DNA of 35,552 nt from a bacterium (GCA_046757525.1 JBHHYI010000024.1:1-35552); one strand, 5' to 3'; shown: positions 27,263 to 35,552, numbered from the stretch's first letter. Notes: generated by a model from the sequence alone, not told the origin. Numbers and translations are program-made.

Positions 27263-27278
27263 AGCAATCCCTGTGCCA
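27263..27278 (-). promoter_or_regulatory. sigma54 (-24/-12) promoter of the pilin operon
   Basis: TGGCACA-GGGA-TTGCT, near-consensus, 65 bp upstream of the pilin ATG; a sigma54 activator is encoded in the same locus. Confidence 0.85.
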
Positions 27279-27376
27279 TCCTTGCGCACGCAGGTTGAAT
27301 GCGATTAGTGCATTTAAAAATAACTACTTATGACTATTGAAACGGTGCTTGATTCAGGGGTGGGCTTGACAAGAGC

Positions 27377-27493
27377 TGTGCCGAATCGGAATGATTTTCC
27401 CTTCGGCCTGAAAATAGTTCCCACTAATATTCTGTTTTATATAGAGTAGTTCATTGCAGTGTTTCGTTTTGGCATACTGTTCCGGTTTTTCAA
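27377..27493. promoter_or_regulatory. Candidate enhancer (UAS) sites for the sigma54 activator
   Basis: Three imperfect 16-mers TGTGCCGAATCGGAAT (27377), TGTTTCGTTTTGGCAT (27460), TGTTCCGGTTTTTCAA (27478), 100-215 bp upstream of -24. Confidence 0.3.
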
Positions 27494-27526
27494 AAGGGAG
27501 TCGGCCCAACCGGTTTTTGGTCGGGA

Positions 27527-27616
27527 CGTATCGAAGGGCGCCGCCCGTCACCCCTCGATACGGTCACCTGAACAGCGGTGACCTACTCGGGATGACTCGC
27601 ACAGTGCTTTCAGGAA
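27527..27616. repeat. Dispersed REP/REPIN-like repeat, copy 2
   Basis: 27530-27616 matches 1-87; inverted arms CGTATCGAAGGG (27527-27538)/CCCCTCGATACG (27551-27562). Confidence 0.9.
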
Positions 27617-27655
27617 ACACGTAACTGTCGCCGTCTTTTATTACAGCCTTTAGTA

Positions 27656-27722
27656 TCATTCAGGAGGAATCCTGTTTGCTGGCTGCACAGTGCTGACCAG
27701 GAACAAGATGCCTCCTGCATGA
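27656..27722. repeat. Long imperfect palindrome downstream of pilC (REP-like; may end the pilC transcript)
   Basis: TCATTCAGGAGGAATCCTGTT vs AACAAGATGCCTCCTGCATGA, 18/21 inverted match. Confidence 0.6.
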
Positions 27723-27798
27723 CAGGGCGGTCTTTGGCGTTTCCGGCATTCAAAGCATCAGGAGCTTTTCACCTTGAAACGGGTCGGCGCTCAAGGAA

Positions 27799-29007
27799 TC
27801 ACTGGGCTAACTTGGTGAGATCCCACATGGGCAGGAAAATGGCCAGAGCTAAGAAGAGGACGATGACTCCCATGGCCACGGTCAGAATCGGTTCGATCAT
27901 GGCAGTCAGGTTTTTGACCGCATAATCGACCTCGGTGTCATAATGCTTGGAAATGCTCAAGAGCATGTCGTCCAGAGCCCCGGACTGTTCGCCGATGGAG
28001 ATCATCCGGATGACCATAGGGGGAAACATCTTGCTTTCACTCAAAGGTTCGGCAATGCCTTGACCTTGAATGATTCCCATGCTTGCCTTTTCAATGGCTT
28101 TGCCGACGACTTTATTTCCTACTGTTTTAGACACGATATCCAGGGTTTGCAAGATAGGCAGACCGCTGCTATTCAAGGTTTCAAACATGCGGGTGAATCT
28201 GGACATGGCCGTTTTCAGGTTCAAGTCGCCCAGGACCGGCAGATTGATCTTGAGATAATCCCACTGCAAAGCGCCCTTTTCCGTTTTAATATACCTGACC
28301 AAAGCAAAATACAGCACCGCCAGCACCGCCAGGAGGATGTACCAGTAATGGGCTAACAAGGAATGGAAGCCGATGAGCAGGCGTGTGGGCAGCGGCAGAT
28401 TGGCGCCTACTTCCTGGAACAGCGCGATGAATTTTGGCACCACCAATATCATCAGGGTAATGAATGCAACCACCAGAGAAACGACCACGATGATCGGATA
28501 GCGCATGGCTGCCTTGATTCGGGCGCGCGTCTCCTGGTCGTGCTCCATCAGCAAGGTCATGCGCTGCAGCACGTCATCCAACGCACCGCCCATTTCGCCA
28601 GCCTTAATAGAATTGATGTACAGTGCGGAGAACACTTTGGGGTGTTTGCTCAACGCTTCGGAAAAGCTGATGCCACTTTCGATGTCCACGTAGATCGACT
28701 GGATGACCTCTTTAAAGGCTTCATGTTCGGTTTGTACAACCAAAACCTCCAGGCAGGAGAGCAAAGGGACGCCAGCTTTTAACAGCGTAAACAGTTGTCT
28801 GGTAAAAACGATCACCTGTTCTGCTTTGATTTTCTTCTTTTTGGAGAACAGTTCGATATTGCCCCTGGCTTGTTTGGGCTTAATGGTTAAGGGCAAGTAG
28901 CCAAGTTTCTCCAGGCTTTCCGCGACGGCTGTGGAGTTGGGAGCGTCGATGACGTTGGTAACCTCAACGCCCGTTGTGTTGAGAGCTCTGTATTCGAAAG
29001 CGGGCAT
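27799..29007 (-). CDS. pilC: Type IV pilus platform protein (PilC/GspF)
   Basis: FTRQLFTLLKAGVPL, AGEMGGALD, AMRYP, LPLPTRLL, GEQSGALDDML, IEPIL, AIFLPMW. Confidence 0.93.
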   Translation of the reverse strand: MPAFEYRALNTTGVEVTNVIDAPNSTAVAESLEKLGYLPLTIKPKQARGNIELFSKKKKIKAEQVIVFTRQLFTLLKAGVPLLSCLEVLVVQTEHEAFKEVIQSIYVDIESGISFSEALSKHPKVFSALYINSIKAGEMGGALDDVLQRMTLLMEHDQETRARIKAAMRYPIIVVVSLVVAFITLMILVVPKFIALFQEVGANLPLPTRLLIGFHSLLAHYWYILLAVLAVLYFALVRYIKTEKGALQWDYLKINLPVLGDLNLKTAMSRFTRMFETLNSSGLPILQTLDIVSKTVGNKVVGKAIEKASMGIIQGQGIAEPLSESKMFPPMVIRMISIGEQSGALDDMLLSISKHYDTEVDYAVKNLTAMIEPILTVAMGVIVLFLALAIFLPMWDLTKLAQ

Positions 29008-29009
29008 GT

Positions 29010-30407
29010 CTACCTGTTGATGGCGATGCGGTATTTGTGGAGTTTGCGGTAGAGGGTGGTTCGGCCGATGCCCAATTCCGCTGCTGCGTTGGACATGTTG
29101 TAGTTGGTCAAGCGCAGCGCTTGCAGCAGGACTTCTTTTTCGATTTCCTTTAAGGGCGTTATTTCCCTGGTCAGGGACACGGCTTTCTTCAGATCAAAAA
29201 AGGCGTCGTTCTTTTTGATCTCAATCTTGTGTGACGAAATGGTGATGGGCAAGTGTTCGGGCAAGAGCACCCCATCGCAAGCATTCAGAAACGAGCGTTC
29301 CAGAATGTTTTCTAACTCCCTGACATTGCCTGGCCAGTCATAGTTGACCAAATAATCGATGGTTCGCGGTGAAACCGCCTTGACTTTTCTTTTGTTTTCA
29401 TTGTTGTATTTCTCCAGGAAAAAACCGACCAGCGCAGAAATGTCCTCTTTTCTTTCCCGCAGGGGCGGTACAAAAATCGGGTAAACGCTGATGCGGTAAT
29501 ACAAATCTTCGCGGAACCTGCCCTTAGCCATCTCCAATTCGAGATTCTTGTTGGTGGCTGAAATGACGCGCACATCTGCCTCCACGGTATTGCTGCCGCC
29601 CACGCGCTGGAATTTTCGCTCTTGCAGCACCCTCAGAATTTTCACCTGGGTGGAGAGCGGCATGTCGCCGATCTCGTCCAGGAAAAGGGTGCCGCCGTCG
29701 GCCTGTTCAAACTTGCCGATGCGTCGAGAAACCGCGCCGGTGAAAGAGCCCCGCTCGTGACCGAATAGCTCGCTTTCCAGCAGCGTTTCGGGGATGGCGG
29801 CGCAATTGACTGCCACAAACGGCTTGGATTTGCGCAGCCCGTTGAAATGAATGGCGCGGGCAATCAACTCTTTGCCCGTTCCACTTTCGCCACGAATAGA
29901 CACGGTGACGTTGGTTTCTAAGACGCGTTCGATGCTGCGGAACACTTCCTGCATCTTGCTGCTGTGCCCGATGATTTGGTCCAGACAAAAGCGGCTTTTG
30001 AGCTGTCCCCGCAGCCGTTTAACCTCGCTGCGCAATTCCTTGGTCAACAAAGCGTTTTTCACAGAAATTTCCAGCCGCTCCCAATTCAGCGGTTTGTGAA
30101 AATAGTCGTACGCCCCTAACTTCATGGCTTCCACAACCGTGGTCACTTTGCCGTCGGCGGTCAATATGATGACCGGCAAGCCTGGGTCCATCTTTTTGAT
30201 TCTCTTGAGAGTCTCTACGCCGCTGATCAGAGGCATGTGCAAATCCAAAATGACCAGGTCGTAGTCGCCAATGCCCAGCATTTGCAACGCTTCGTAACCC
30301 GTGCTGGCCGTTTCCACGCTGTAACAGTGGTTTCGCAGCACGTCCCGAAACATTTGCACAAAATCCGTTTCGTCATCTACCACTAAAATCGATAGCGTTT
30401 TCGACAT
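29010..30407 (-). CDS. sigma54-dependent response regulator (NtrC/AtoC/PilR family)
   Basis: Receiver (VVDD, LDLHMP, HKP); AAA+ GESGTGKE, ESELFGHERGSFTGA, FLDEIGD, WPGNVREL; Fis HTH LGIGRTTLYRKL. Confidence 0.93.
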   Translation of the reverse strand: MSKTLSILVVDDETDFVQMFRDVLRNHCYSVETASTGYEALQMLGIGDYDLVILDLHMPLISGVETLKRIKKMDPGLPVIILTADGKVTTVVEAMKLGAYDYFHKPLNWERLEISVKNALLTKELRSEVKRLRGQLKSRFCLDQIIGHSSKMQEVFRSIERVLETNVTVSIRGESGTGKELIARAIHFNGLRKSKPFVAVNCAAIPETLLESELFGHERGSFTGAVSRRIGKFEQADGGTLFLDEIGDMPLSTQVKILRVLQERKFQRVGGSNTVEADVRVISATNKNLELEMAKGRFREDLYYRISVYPIFVPPLRERKEDISALVGFFLEKYNNENKRKVKAVSPRTIDYLVNYDWPGNVRELENILERSFLNACDGVLLPEHLPITISSHKIEIKKNDAFFDLKKAVSLTREITPLKEIEKEVLLQALRLTNYNMSNAAAELGIGRTTLYRKLHKYRIAINR

Positions 30408-30433
30408 ATTTTCATTTCCTCGAGTTTATGGCT

Positions 30434-32137
30434 TCAATCCATATTCGTCACACGGTAAATTTCTTCGAGAGACGTAATCCCTTTCATCGCTTTGATGAGC
30501 CCATCCTGGCGCAGACTCCGCATGTTGCTTTTCAGCGCGGCTTTTTTTATCTGCTCTGAGGAAGCGTTTTTTAAGGTGAGCTCCCGAATCGTGTCGTTGA
30601 CGATCATGACTTCGTAGATTCCGATCCGTCCTTTGTAGCCGGTATTCTTGCAGTTTGAGCAACCTTCTCCGCGGAAGAACTCACACTTCTGTTCCTGCGC
30701 ATTGAGCTGCAACTGGGAAAGAATGGCCGCACTCGGTTTGTAGGCGACTTTGCAATGGTCGCACAGCTTTCTAACCAGGCGCTGTGCCACGACTCCCACC
30801 GTAGCCGAAGCGGTAAGAAATGGCTCCACACCCATTTCAGTCAAGCGGGTCAAGCCGCCCGGGGCGTCGTTGGTATGGATGGTGGACAGAACTAAATGCC
30901 CGGTGAGGGCGGCTTCTACCGCCACCTTAGCGGTTTCCGAATCTCGAATTTCGCCAACCATGATCACGTCGGGGTCCTGGCGCAGAATGGCGCGCAATCC
31001 GGTCGCAAAACTCAATCCCGATTTGAGGTTGACCTGCGATTGCCGGATCAGCTTCAAACGATATTCCACCGGGTCTTCTACCGTTACGATATTCTTGTCC
31101 GGCGTGTTGATTGACTGCAAAGCTGAATACAGAGTCGTGGTTTTGCCGCTGCCCGTTGGGCCACTGACCAAAATGATGCCGTATGAGCTGGCCAGGATTT
31201 CTTTCACCCTCTCGTACAAATCATTTTCGAGGCCCAGATCTTCCAAATTGAGCACCAGACTGCTTTTGTCCAGAATACGCATGACCACGTTCTCGCCATG
31301 GACGGTAGGCAAAGTCGACACGCGCAGATCGATTTCCCGACCGTGCAACGAGACCTGGAACCGGCCGTCTTGTGGCACCCGCCTTTCGGCAATGTCCAGG
31401 TCAGATAGGATCTTGATACGAGAAATCATGGCCGCTTGTAGGTGCTTTGGCGGACTCAGCGACTCATGCAGGATGCCGTCGATGCGGTAGCGCACCCGCA
31501 AACTCTTGTCTTCCGGCTCGATGTGGATGTCGCTGGCCCGGTCCAGGATCGCCTGGGCGATGATGAGATTGACCAGCTTGACCACCGGGGCTTCTTCGCT
31601 GAGCTGTTTCAGTTGTTCAGCAGAAGTGATGTCTTCTTCTTCGGGTTTTTCCTCTTCGATATTCTGAATTACTTCGTCAAAAGAGGCGCCGAAGTTCTCA
31701 GAAATGCCGTAGAATTCCTCCAGGGTCGCAAGAATTTCGTTTTCCAGGCTGACTGCCGGTTCCACCTCCAGGCCCGTTTCTCTACGAACGGCGTCGATGG
31801 CTTGAACATCGCCAGGATCGGCCATGGCCACCGTCAGGCTGTTCTCGATCTTAAATACCGGGCAGATTTTGTGCCGGCAAGCCAGCTCCTTCGGAACGAT
31901 GTCGATGACTTCCGGGTCGATTGAATAATCTTGCAACTCTATAAAAGGAAGGTTCAGATGCTCGGCAAAATGGACGTACACGTCCTTGGTGCTCGCAAGT
32001 CCCTTTTGAACCAGGATTTGGACTAAGTCGTCGTCCGAGTGGTTCTTGAGTCTTAGAACCTCCGAGGTTTGTTCGGCAGAGAGCACGCCATTATTGACTA
32101 ATAGTTCACAGAATTTTTTGTCGTCTTCGCTGATCAA
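30434..32137 (-). CDS. pilB: Type IV pilus extension ATPase (PilB/GspE)
   Basis: ASDIHIEP, GPTGSGKTTT, EDPVE, LRQDPDVIMVGEIRD, TGHLVLSTIHTND, tetra-Cys CDHC/CSNC. Confidence 0.93.
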   Translation of the reverse strand: MISEDDKKFCELLVNNGVLSAEQTSEVLRLKNHSDDDLVQILVQKGLASTKDVYVHFAEHLNLPFIELQDYSIDPEVIDIVPKELACRHKICPVFKIENSLTVAMADPGDVQAIDAVRRETGLEVEPAVSLENEILATLEEFYGISENFGASFDEVIQNIEEEKPEEEDITSAEQLKQLSEEAPVVKLVNLIIAQAILDRASDIHIEPEDKSLRVRYRIDGILHESLSPPKHLQAAMISRIKILSDLDIAERRVPQDGRFQVSLHGREIDLRVSTLPTVHGENVVMRILDKSSLVLNLEDLGLENDLYERVKEILASSYGIILVSGPTGSGKTTTLYSALQSINTPDKNIVTVEDPVEYRLKLIRQSQVNLKSGLSFATGLRAILRQDPDVIMVGEIRDSETAKVAVEAALTGHLVLSTIHTNDAPGGLTRLTEMGVEPFLTASATVGVVAQRLVRKLCDHCKVAYKPSAAILSQLQLNAQEQKCEFFRGEGCSNCKNTGYKGRIGIYEVMIVNDTIRELTLKNASSEQIKKAALKSNMRSLRQDGLIKAMKGITSLEEIYRVTNMD

Positions 32138-32511
32138 CGCTGCAAGTAATCTTGAATGAGTTTCAACAACTGACCGCTCTGGTCTGACTTAAAAACGTAT
32201 TCGTCGGCCCCGGTAGCGCGGCCCATTTGTTCGTGACTCCTGGATTCGCGAGAGGTCAGCATGATGATGGGAATGTGTTGGTATTTCGAGTCGAACTTCA
32301 GTAGGCGACAAACCTTGTAACCGTTCATCTTCGGTAAAAGCACGTCCAGAATGATCAAATCGGGTTTTTCTTGCCGGGCTAATTTCAGCCCTTCCTGGCC
32401 GTCAAAGGCGGAGACGACCTCATAGCCCATCTTGTTGAGACGCAGCGTCAAGATGTCCACGATGTTGATATAATCTTCGATAATAAGAATTTTCTTAGCC
32501 ATGCTTTTCAC
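32134..32511 (-). CDS. Single-domain response regulator (CheY/PilH-like)
   Basis: KILIIED, PDLIILDVLLP, IPIIMLT, GADEYVFK; start GTG 32511 or ATG 32502. Confidence 0.9.
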   Translation of the reverse strand: MKSMAKKILIIEDYINIVDILTLRLNKMGYEVVSAFDGQEGLKLARQEKPDLIILDVLLPKMNGYKVCRLLKFDSKYQHIPIIMLTSRESRSHEQMGRATGADEYVFKSDQSGQLLKLIQDYLQR

Positions 32512-34052
32512 AATGCTATTGTGAAGTAAAACTTACTGCCTCTGCCGACTTCGCTTTCTACCCACATCTCGCCGCCAAACGATTTGACGATTTGTTTTGC
32601 AATACTCAAGCCCAACCCATAGCTTCGCTGTCTCTGTTCCGGATAGTTGTCCAACTGTTCAAAGCGTTCAAAGATTCGCTCAAAGTCCTCCGCAGGAATG
32701 CCGACTCCGGTATCCTGTACCCAGACTTTCAGGGTCCGTTTTTCCAGCTCAGCCTGGATGTTGACCACACCGCCGGGCAGAGTGTATTTGATGCTGTTTT
32801 CAATTAGGTTGGCCAGAACCTGCTGAAGGCGATCGCGCTCTCCTTTGAATGTTGGTATGGATTTAGGAATCGCGCTTTCGATTCGTATATTCTTCGCTTT
32901 CGCAAACGAGGCAAACGACTCCATGACTTTATTGACCAGCAACCCCAGCTTTACCTCTTTCCGTCTGTCCAGAAACTGAATGCCTTCGTCAAACCTGGTC
33001 ACGTCAAGCAGGTCCTTGAGCATGGCACGCAATCTTCTGATGTCGTCTTTAACGACGTTGAGACAGTGCTCCTGTTCTTGATTCAGCACCCCCAAATCTC
33101 CGTCGAGCAGCAGATCGATGGCGCCCTGCATGGAGGTCAAGGGGGCGTTGATTTCGTGGCTGGCGATTGACAGTGACGAACGCATCTGGTCGCTTTGCCA
33201 ATTCTTGGTGACATCGCGCAGGACCAGCATCCAACCCATCTCACGGTTTCTGAAATTCTTCAGAAGCTCGATGTGCACCCCGAGAAATTGTGAGTGATTC
33301 TCCCGCGTGCAGGCCACTTTGTTGGATTCGAAGATCCCTTCTTTCAAGGTCTCATCCAGATAATCGCTTAAGAAAGAGTAAGGTAGAAACTTGAGTGATT
33401 TGCCGACTAGTTTCTGGCTGACTTCGACGCCCAGCAGGCGCTTGGCGGCATTGTTGATAAACAGGATTTTCTTGCGCCAGTCACACAAGATTACGCCGTC
33501 GATGATGCGGGTCACCAGTTTTTCGAATTTTTCCTTTTGACGCGAGTTGATATACAGGAGATGTCGCAGCGCCCGCGGCGCGTCGTTGGAAAAGTGCTGA
33601 ATGAGCCGGGTCTGCCGCAAATCGATGGACTTGTCAAAACTCCCCACAAACAAGATGCCCACCGGTTTTTTCTGAATTGCAAGGGGCAAAGTCAGATGTT
33701 GATTAAAACGGGTGTTAGCTGCGTGCAAGGTGTCGCCGGTCTGGAGCTTGCCATTTAGCAGCGTTCGAAAATTCCGGGTCAAATGAACTGCGGGTTGCAG
33801 TTGGCCCAGATGGTCCACGAGCTCCTCCTGAATGCTTTGCAAATCGGTCAAGGAAATCGGTTGCCGGGCGGAAATGTGAATCTGGTTGGCGTCCCGCTCC
33901 AGAGTCGCGGCACACAAATTCCCACTGCTCGTGTCCACCAGGGCTTCCCTCACATTGTAGAATATTTCCGAAATCAGGTTGGAAGTTTCAATGCTCTGGG
34001 TACTCGTACGGGTGTCGTCGTGAGCAAGTGCTGTGAAATCAGATTCCATCAT
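32508..34052 (-). CDS. Cytoplasmic sensor histidine kinase (GAF-like, PAS, HisKA, HATPase)
   Basis: H box SHEINAPLT, N box QVLANLIENSIKYT, DTGVGIP, IFERF, GLGLSIAK; no TM segment seen; ATG 34052 chosen to avoid overlap with pilD. Confidence 0.9.
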   Translation of the reverse strand: MMESDFTALAHDDTRTSTQSIETSNLISEIFYNVREALVDTSSGNLCAATLERDANQIHISARQPISLTDLQSIQEELVDHLGQLQPAVHLTRNFRTLLNGKLQTGDTLHAANTRFNQHLTLPLAIQKKPVGILFVGSFDKSIDLRQTRLIQHFSNDAPRALRHLLYINSRQKEKFEKLVTRIIDGVILCDWRKKILFINNAAKRLLGVEVSQKLVGKSLKFLPYSFLSDYLDETLKEGIFESNKVACTRENHSQFLGVHIELLKNFRNREMGWMLVLRDVTKNWQSDQMRSSLSIASHEINAPLTSMQGAIDLLLDGDLGVLNQEQEHCLNVVKDDIRRLRAMLKDLLDVTRFDEGIQFLDRRKEVKLGLLVNKVMESFASFAKAKNIRIESAIPKSIPTFKGERDRLQQVLANLIENSIKYTLPGGVVNIQAELEKRTLKVWVQDTGVGIPAEDFERIFERFEQLDNYPEQRQRSYGLGLSIAKQIVKSFGGEMWVESEVGRGSKFYFTIAL

Positions 34053-34063
34053 TCTAAAAGCGT

Positions 34064-34849
34064 TCAACGTATTAAATAGTTGGAATATAGCCTGATAAGC
34101 TGGTGACCGAAGCAAACCATACTCACCGCACCTGAGGAGATGAAAGGGCCAAAAGGTAGGGCACTCCCCATTTGTATTCGACCCAGACTCATGCCAATAA
34201 TGATGGCGGGTATGGTGAGAAAAAATGCCAGAAACAAGGCCAGGATGACCTGTGGCCCCAGAAAGGCGCCAATCATGGCCGCCAGTTTGATGTCGCCACC
34301 ACCCATACTCTCTTTCTTGAACAGGGCATGGCCCAGAAGCCCTACCAGCCAGAGAAAACCACCGCCTAAGAACAATCCTGCCAGGGCTTGATAAATCGAT
34401 GTCCGGTGAAAGAGAACGGATAGGGCCAGGCCAATGGCCATGCCGGGAAAGGTTAGTCTATTCAGAATCAGTTTGTAATCGATGTCGATGAAACTTATGG
34501 GAACCAGAAACAGAATCAACACCGAATACTCGATGAAGGCGAGCCCCAGGCCGTAAATGTTGAACACCAGAGCCAGCAAGGCCCCGGTCAAGAATTCAAC
34601 CAGGGGGTAGCGAATGGAGATTGGCCTCTTGCAATATCGGCATTTGCCTCTCAACAGCACGTAGCTTAACAGAGGAATATTGAACCACAACGGAAACGCT
34701 GTTTTGCAACGCGGGCAGTGCGAACCTGGCCGCAGGATGGAGAGTTTTCTCGGCAGGCGGTAAATACAAACGTTTAAGAAGCTGCCTAAAATGGTTCCTA
34801 ATAAGAATATGATTGCTGTTTGAAATTTTGTCACAAAAGGCATGCTCAC
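34064..34849 (-). CDS. pilD: Prepilin peptidase
   Basis: GSFLNVCIYRLP, SHCPRC, GKCRYC, YPLVE, FIDID, MGGGDIKL, PFGPF. Confidence 0.95.
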   Translation of the reverse strand: MSMPFVTKFQTAIIFLLGTILGSFLNVCIYRLPRKLSILRPGSHCPRCKTAFPLWFNIPLLSYVLLRGKCRYCKRPISIRYPLVEFLTGALLALVFNIYGLGLAFIEYSVLILFLVPISFIDIDYKLILNRLTFPGMAIGLALSVLFHRTSIYQALAGLFLGGGFLWLVGLLGHALFKKESMGGGDIKLAAMIGAFLGPQVILALFLAFFLTIPAIIIGMSLGRIQMGSALPFGPFISSGAVSMVCFGHQLIRLYSNYLIR

Positions 34850-35088
34850 TCCGCCAGCAAATTGACGCGCTGAACAGCGCTGTGCAAGGTGTACCCCTGG
34901 TCTAAAAAATCCTTAATCTGTTTCAGGACTTCGAAATCTTTTACCGAATATCGTTTGAATTCCCGGGAACCCATGGAAATCGTCTTGGGCTTTACAATGC
35001 CTTTGAGCTCCCAGTAATAGAGTTGCCGCAAGCTGATGTCGAGTTTCCGCGTTACCTCTGAACTGCTCAACCAAAGCGTATTTTTCAT
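34846..35088 (-). CDS. Stand-alone MerR-family HTH regulator (80 aa)
   Basis: SSEVTRKLDISLRQLYYWELKGIVKP...KRYSVKD...IKDFLDQGYTL; SD GAGGAAAGGGA; coupled to pilD. Confidence 0.85.
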   Translation of the reverse strand: MKNTLWLSSSEVTRKLDISLRQLYYWELKGIVKPKTISMGSREFKRYSVKDFEVLKQIKDFLDQGYTLHSAVQRVNLLAE

Positions 35089-35244
35089 GTCCCTTTCCTC
35101 TATTTTTCACCAACTTTTTATTTTTACATCGGCAGTATGGTTTTAAACATTAGTATGTTAAGCAGCGCAGGAATGAATAGAGAAGGCGCGGTTTTTGAGC
35201 GGATAACCACGTCAAAAAGGGTGGGTGAGGGCTGGCTAACAAAC

Positions 35245-35325
35245 CTACCGAACCAGGGTTAGCTTCCTGACTCGGACAAATTCTCTGGTTTCTAACTTGT
35301 AGAAATAAACGCCGCCGGCAACCGG
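35245..35325 (-). pseudogene. Orphan 3' fragment of a Por/T9SS C-terminal-domain-type gene
   Basis: Translates PVAGGVYFYKLETREFVRVRKLTLVR-stop; in-frame TAA six codons upstream and no ATG/GTG/TTG start. Confidence 0.7.
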
Positions 35326-35391
35326 ACAAAAAATCTTGATTTAGCCAACACTGCAGGCTTACTCGCAAGGTAACAGGATCGCTACGTAATC

Positions 35392-35552
35392 TTAGTGAAA
35401 ATCTTGGGCACCACCAACGATTTTTTCCAATTTTTCCTCCCCTTTTATTTTAGCAGAGTATTTTTCGCCTTTCCACTTAAAAGTTGCAAACTGTCCGAAC
35501 AGTCCAGCCAACACCAGGTAAAGCGGGTGCAGGGCTGCGGTGATCAGGAAAG
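35392..35552 (-). CDS. 3' end of a probable GT2-family glycosyltransferase (partial)
   Basis: FLITAALHPLYLVLAGLFGQFATFKWKGEKY...DFH-stop; a TM segment followed by WKG is typical of GT2 C-termini; runs off the window. Confidence 0.6.
   Translation of the reverse strand, partial: FLITAALHPLYLVLAGLFGQFATFKWKGEKYSAKIKGEEKLEKIVGGAQDFH

Noticed and set aside
29740..29765. GSFTGA instead of GAFTGA in the sigma54 activator as a sign of inactivity
   Set aside because: A common variant; Walker motifs are intact and a near-consensus sigma54 promoter is nearby
23648..34849. Type II secretion system interpretation of the pil genes
   Set aside because: Not excluded but disfavoured: sigma54-driven pilin, FimT/W/V/X-type set, and no GspG-type pseudopilin signature or gspC/D/L/M in the window
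35240..35290. c-di-AMP (ydaO) riboswitch-like string CCGAGTCAGGAAGCTAACCC on the minus strand
   Set aside because: The 5' ydaO elements are missing, and the stretch is better explained as coding remnant RVRKLTLVR
764..35368. Numerous short antisense or alternate-frame ORFs in the ORF track
   Set aside because: Shadows of well-supported genes, with no motifs or ribosome-binding sites

Overview
Chromosomal window (no prophage, CRISPR array or intact transposase) from an FCB-group bacterium, probably candidate division KSB1 or a relative. This is inferred from Gln-after-signal-peptide proteins, a Por/T9SS-tail-like remnant, clear Shine-Dalgarno sites and E. coli-like sigma70 promoters. Almost all genes are on the minus strand. 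In transcription order (right to left): (1) 3' end of a GT2 glycosyltransferase and an orphan T9SS-tail fragment. (2) A type IV pilus locus: MerR-HTH, pilD, cytoplasmic histidine kinase, single-domain response regulator, pilB, sigma54 activator, pilC, then a sigma54 promoter ahead of the major pilin and five minor pilins. These include an extremely Arg-rich paralogue of the major pilin and a large ComZ/PilX-like pilin, so this is a candidate DNA-uptake pilus. (3) An M23 peptidase with its own sigma54 motif. (4) pyrR-pyrB-pyrC-pdaD-speB behind a PyrL-like leader/terminator. (5) rplM-rpsI-[S2 leader]-rpsB-tsf-pyrH-frr. (6) An envelope cluster: NHL propeller, 1147-aa SprA-like barrel, Omp85 paralogue and DGGGP-synthase-like prenyltransferase. 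(7) dtd-maf-rodZ-like-mpl-tandem R3H. (8) A plus-strand PHP metallohydrolase, preceded by about 550 bp of nested MITEs and palindromic repeats. All family assignments are from motif recognition by eye; no searches were run.
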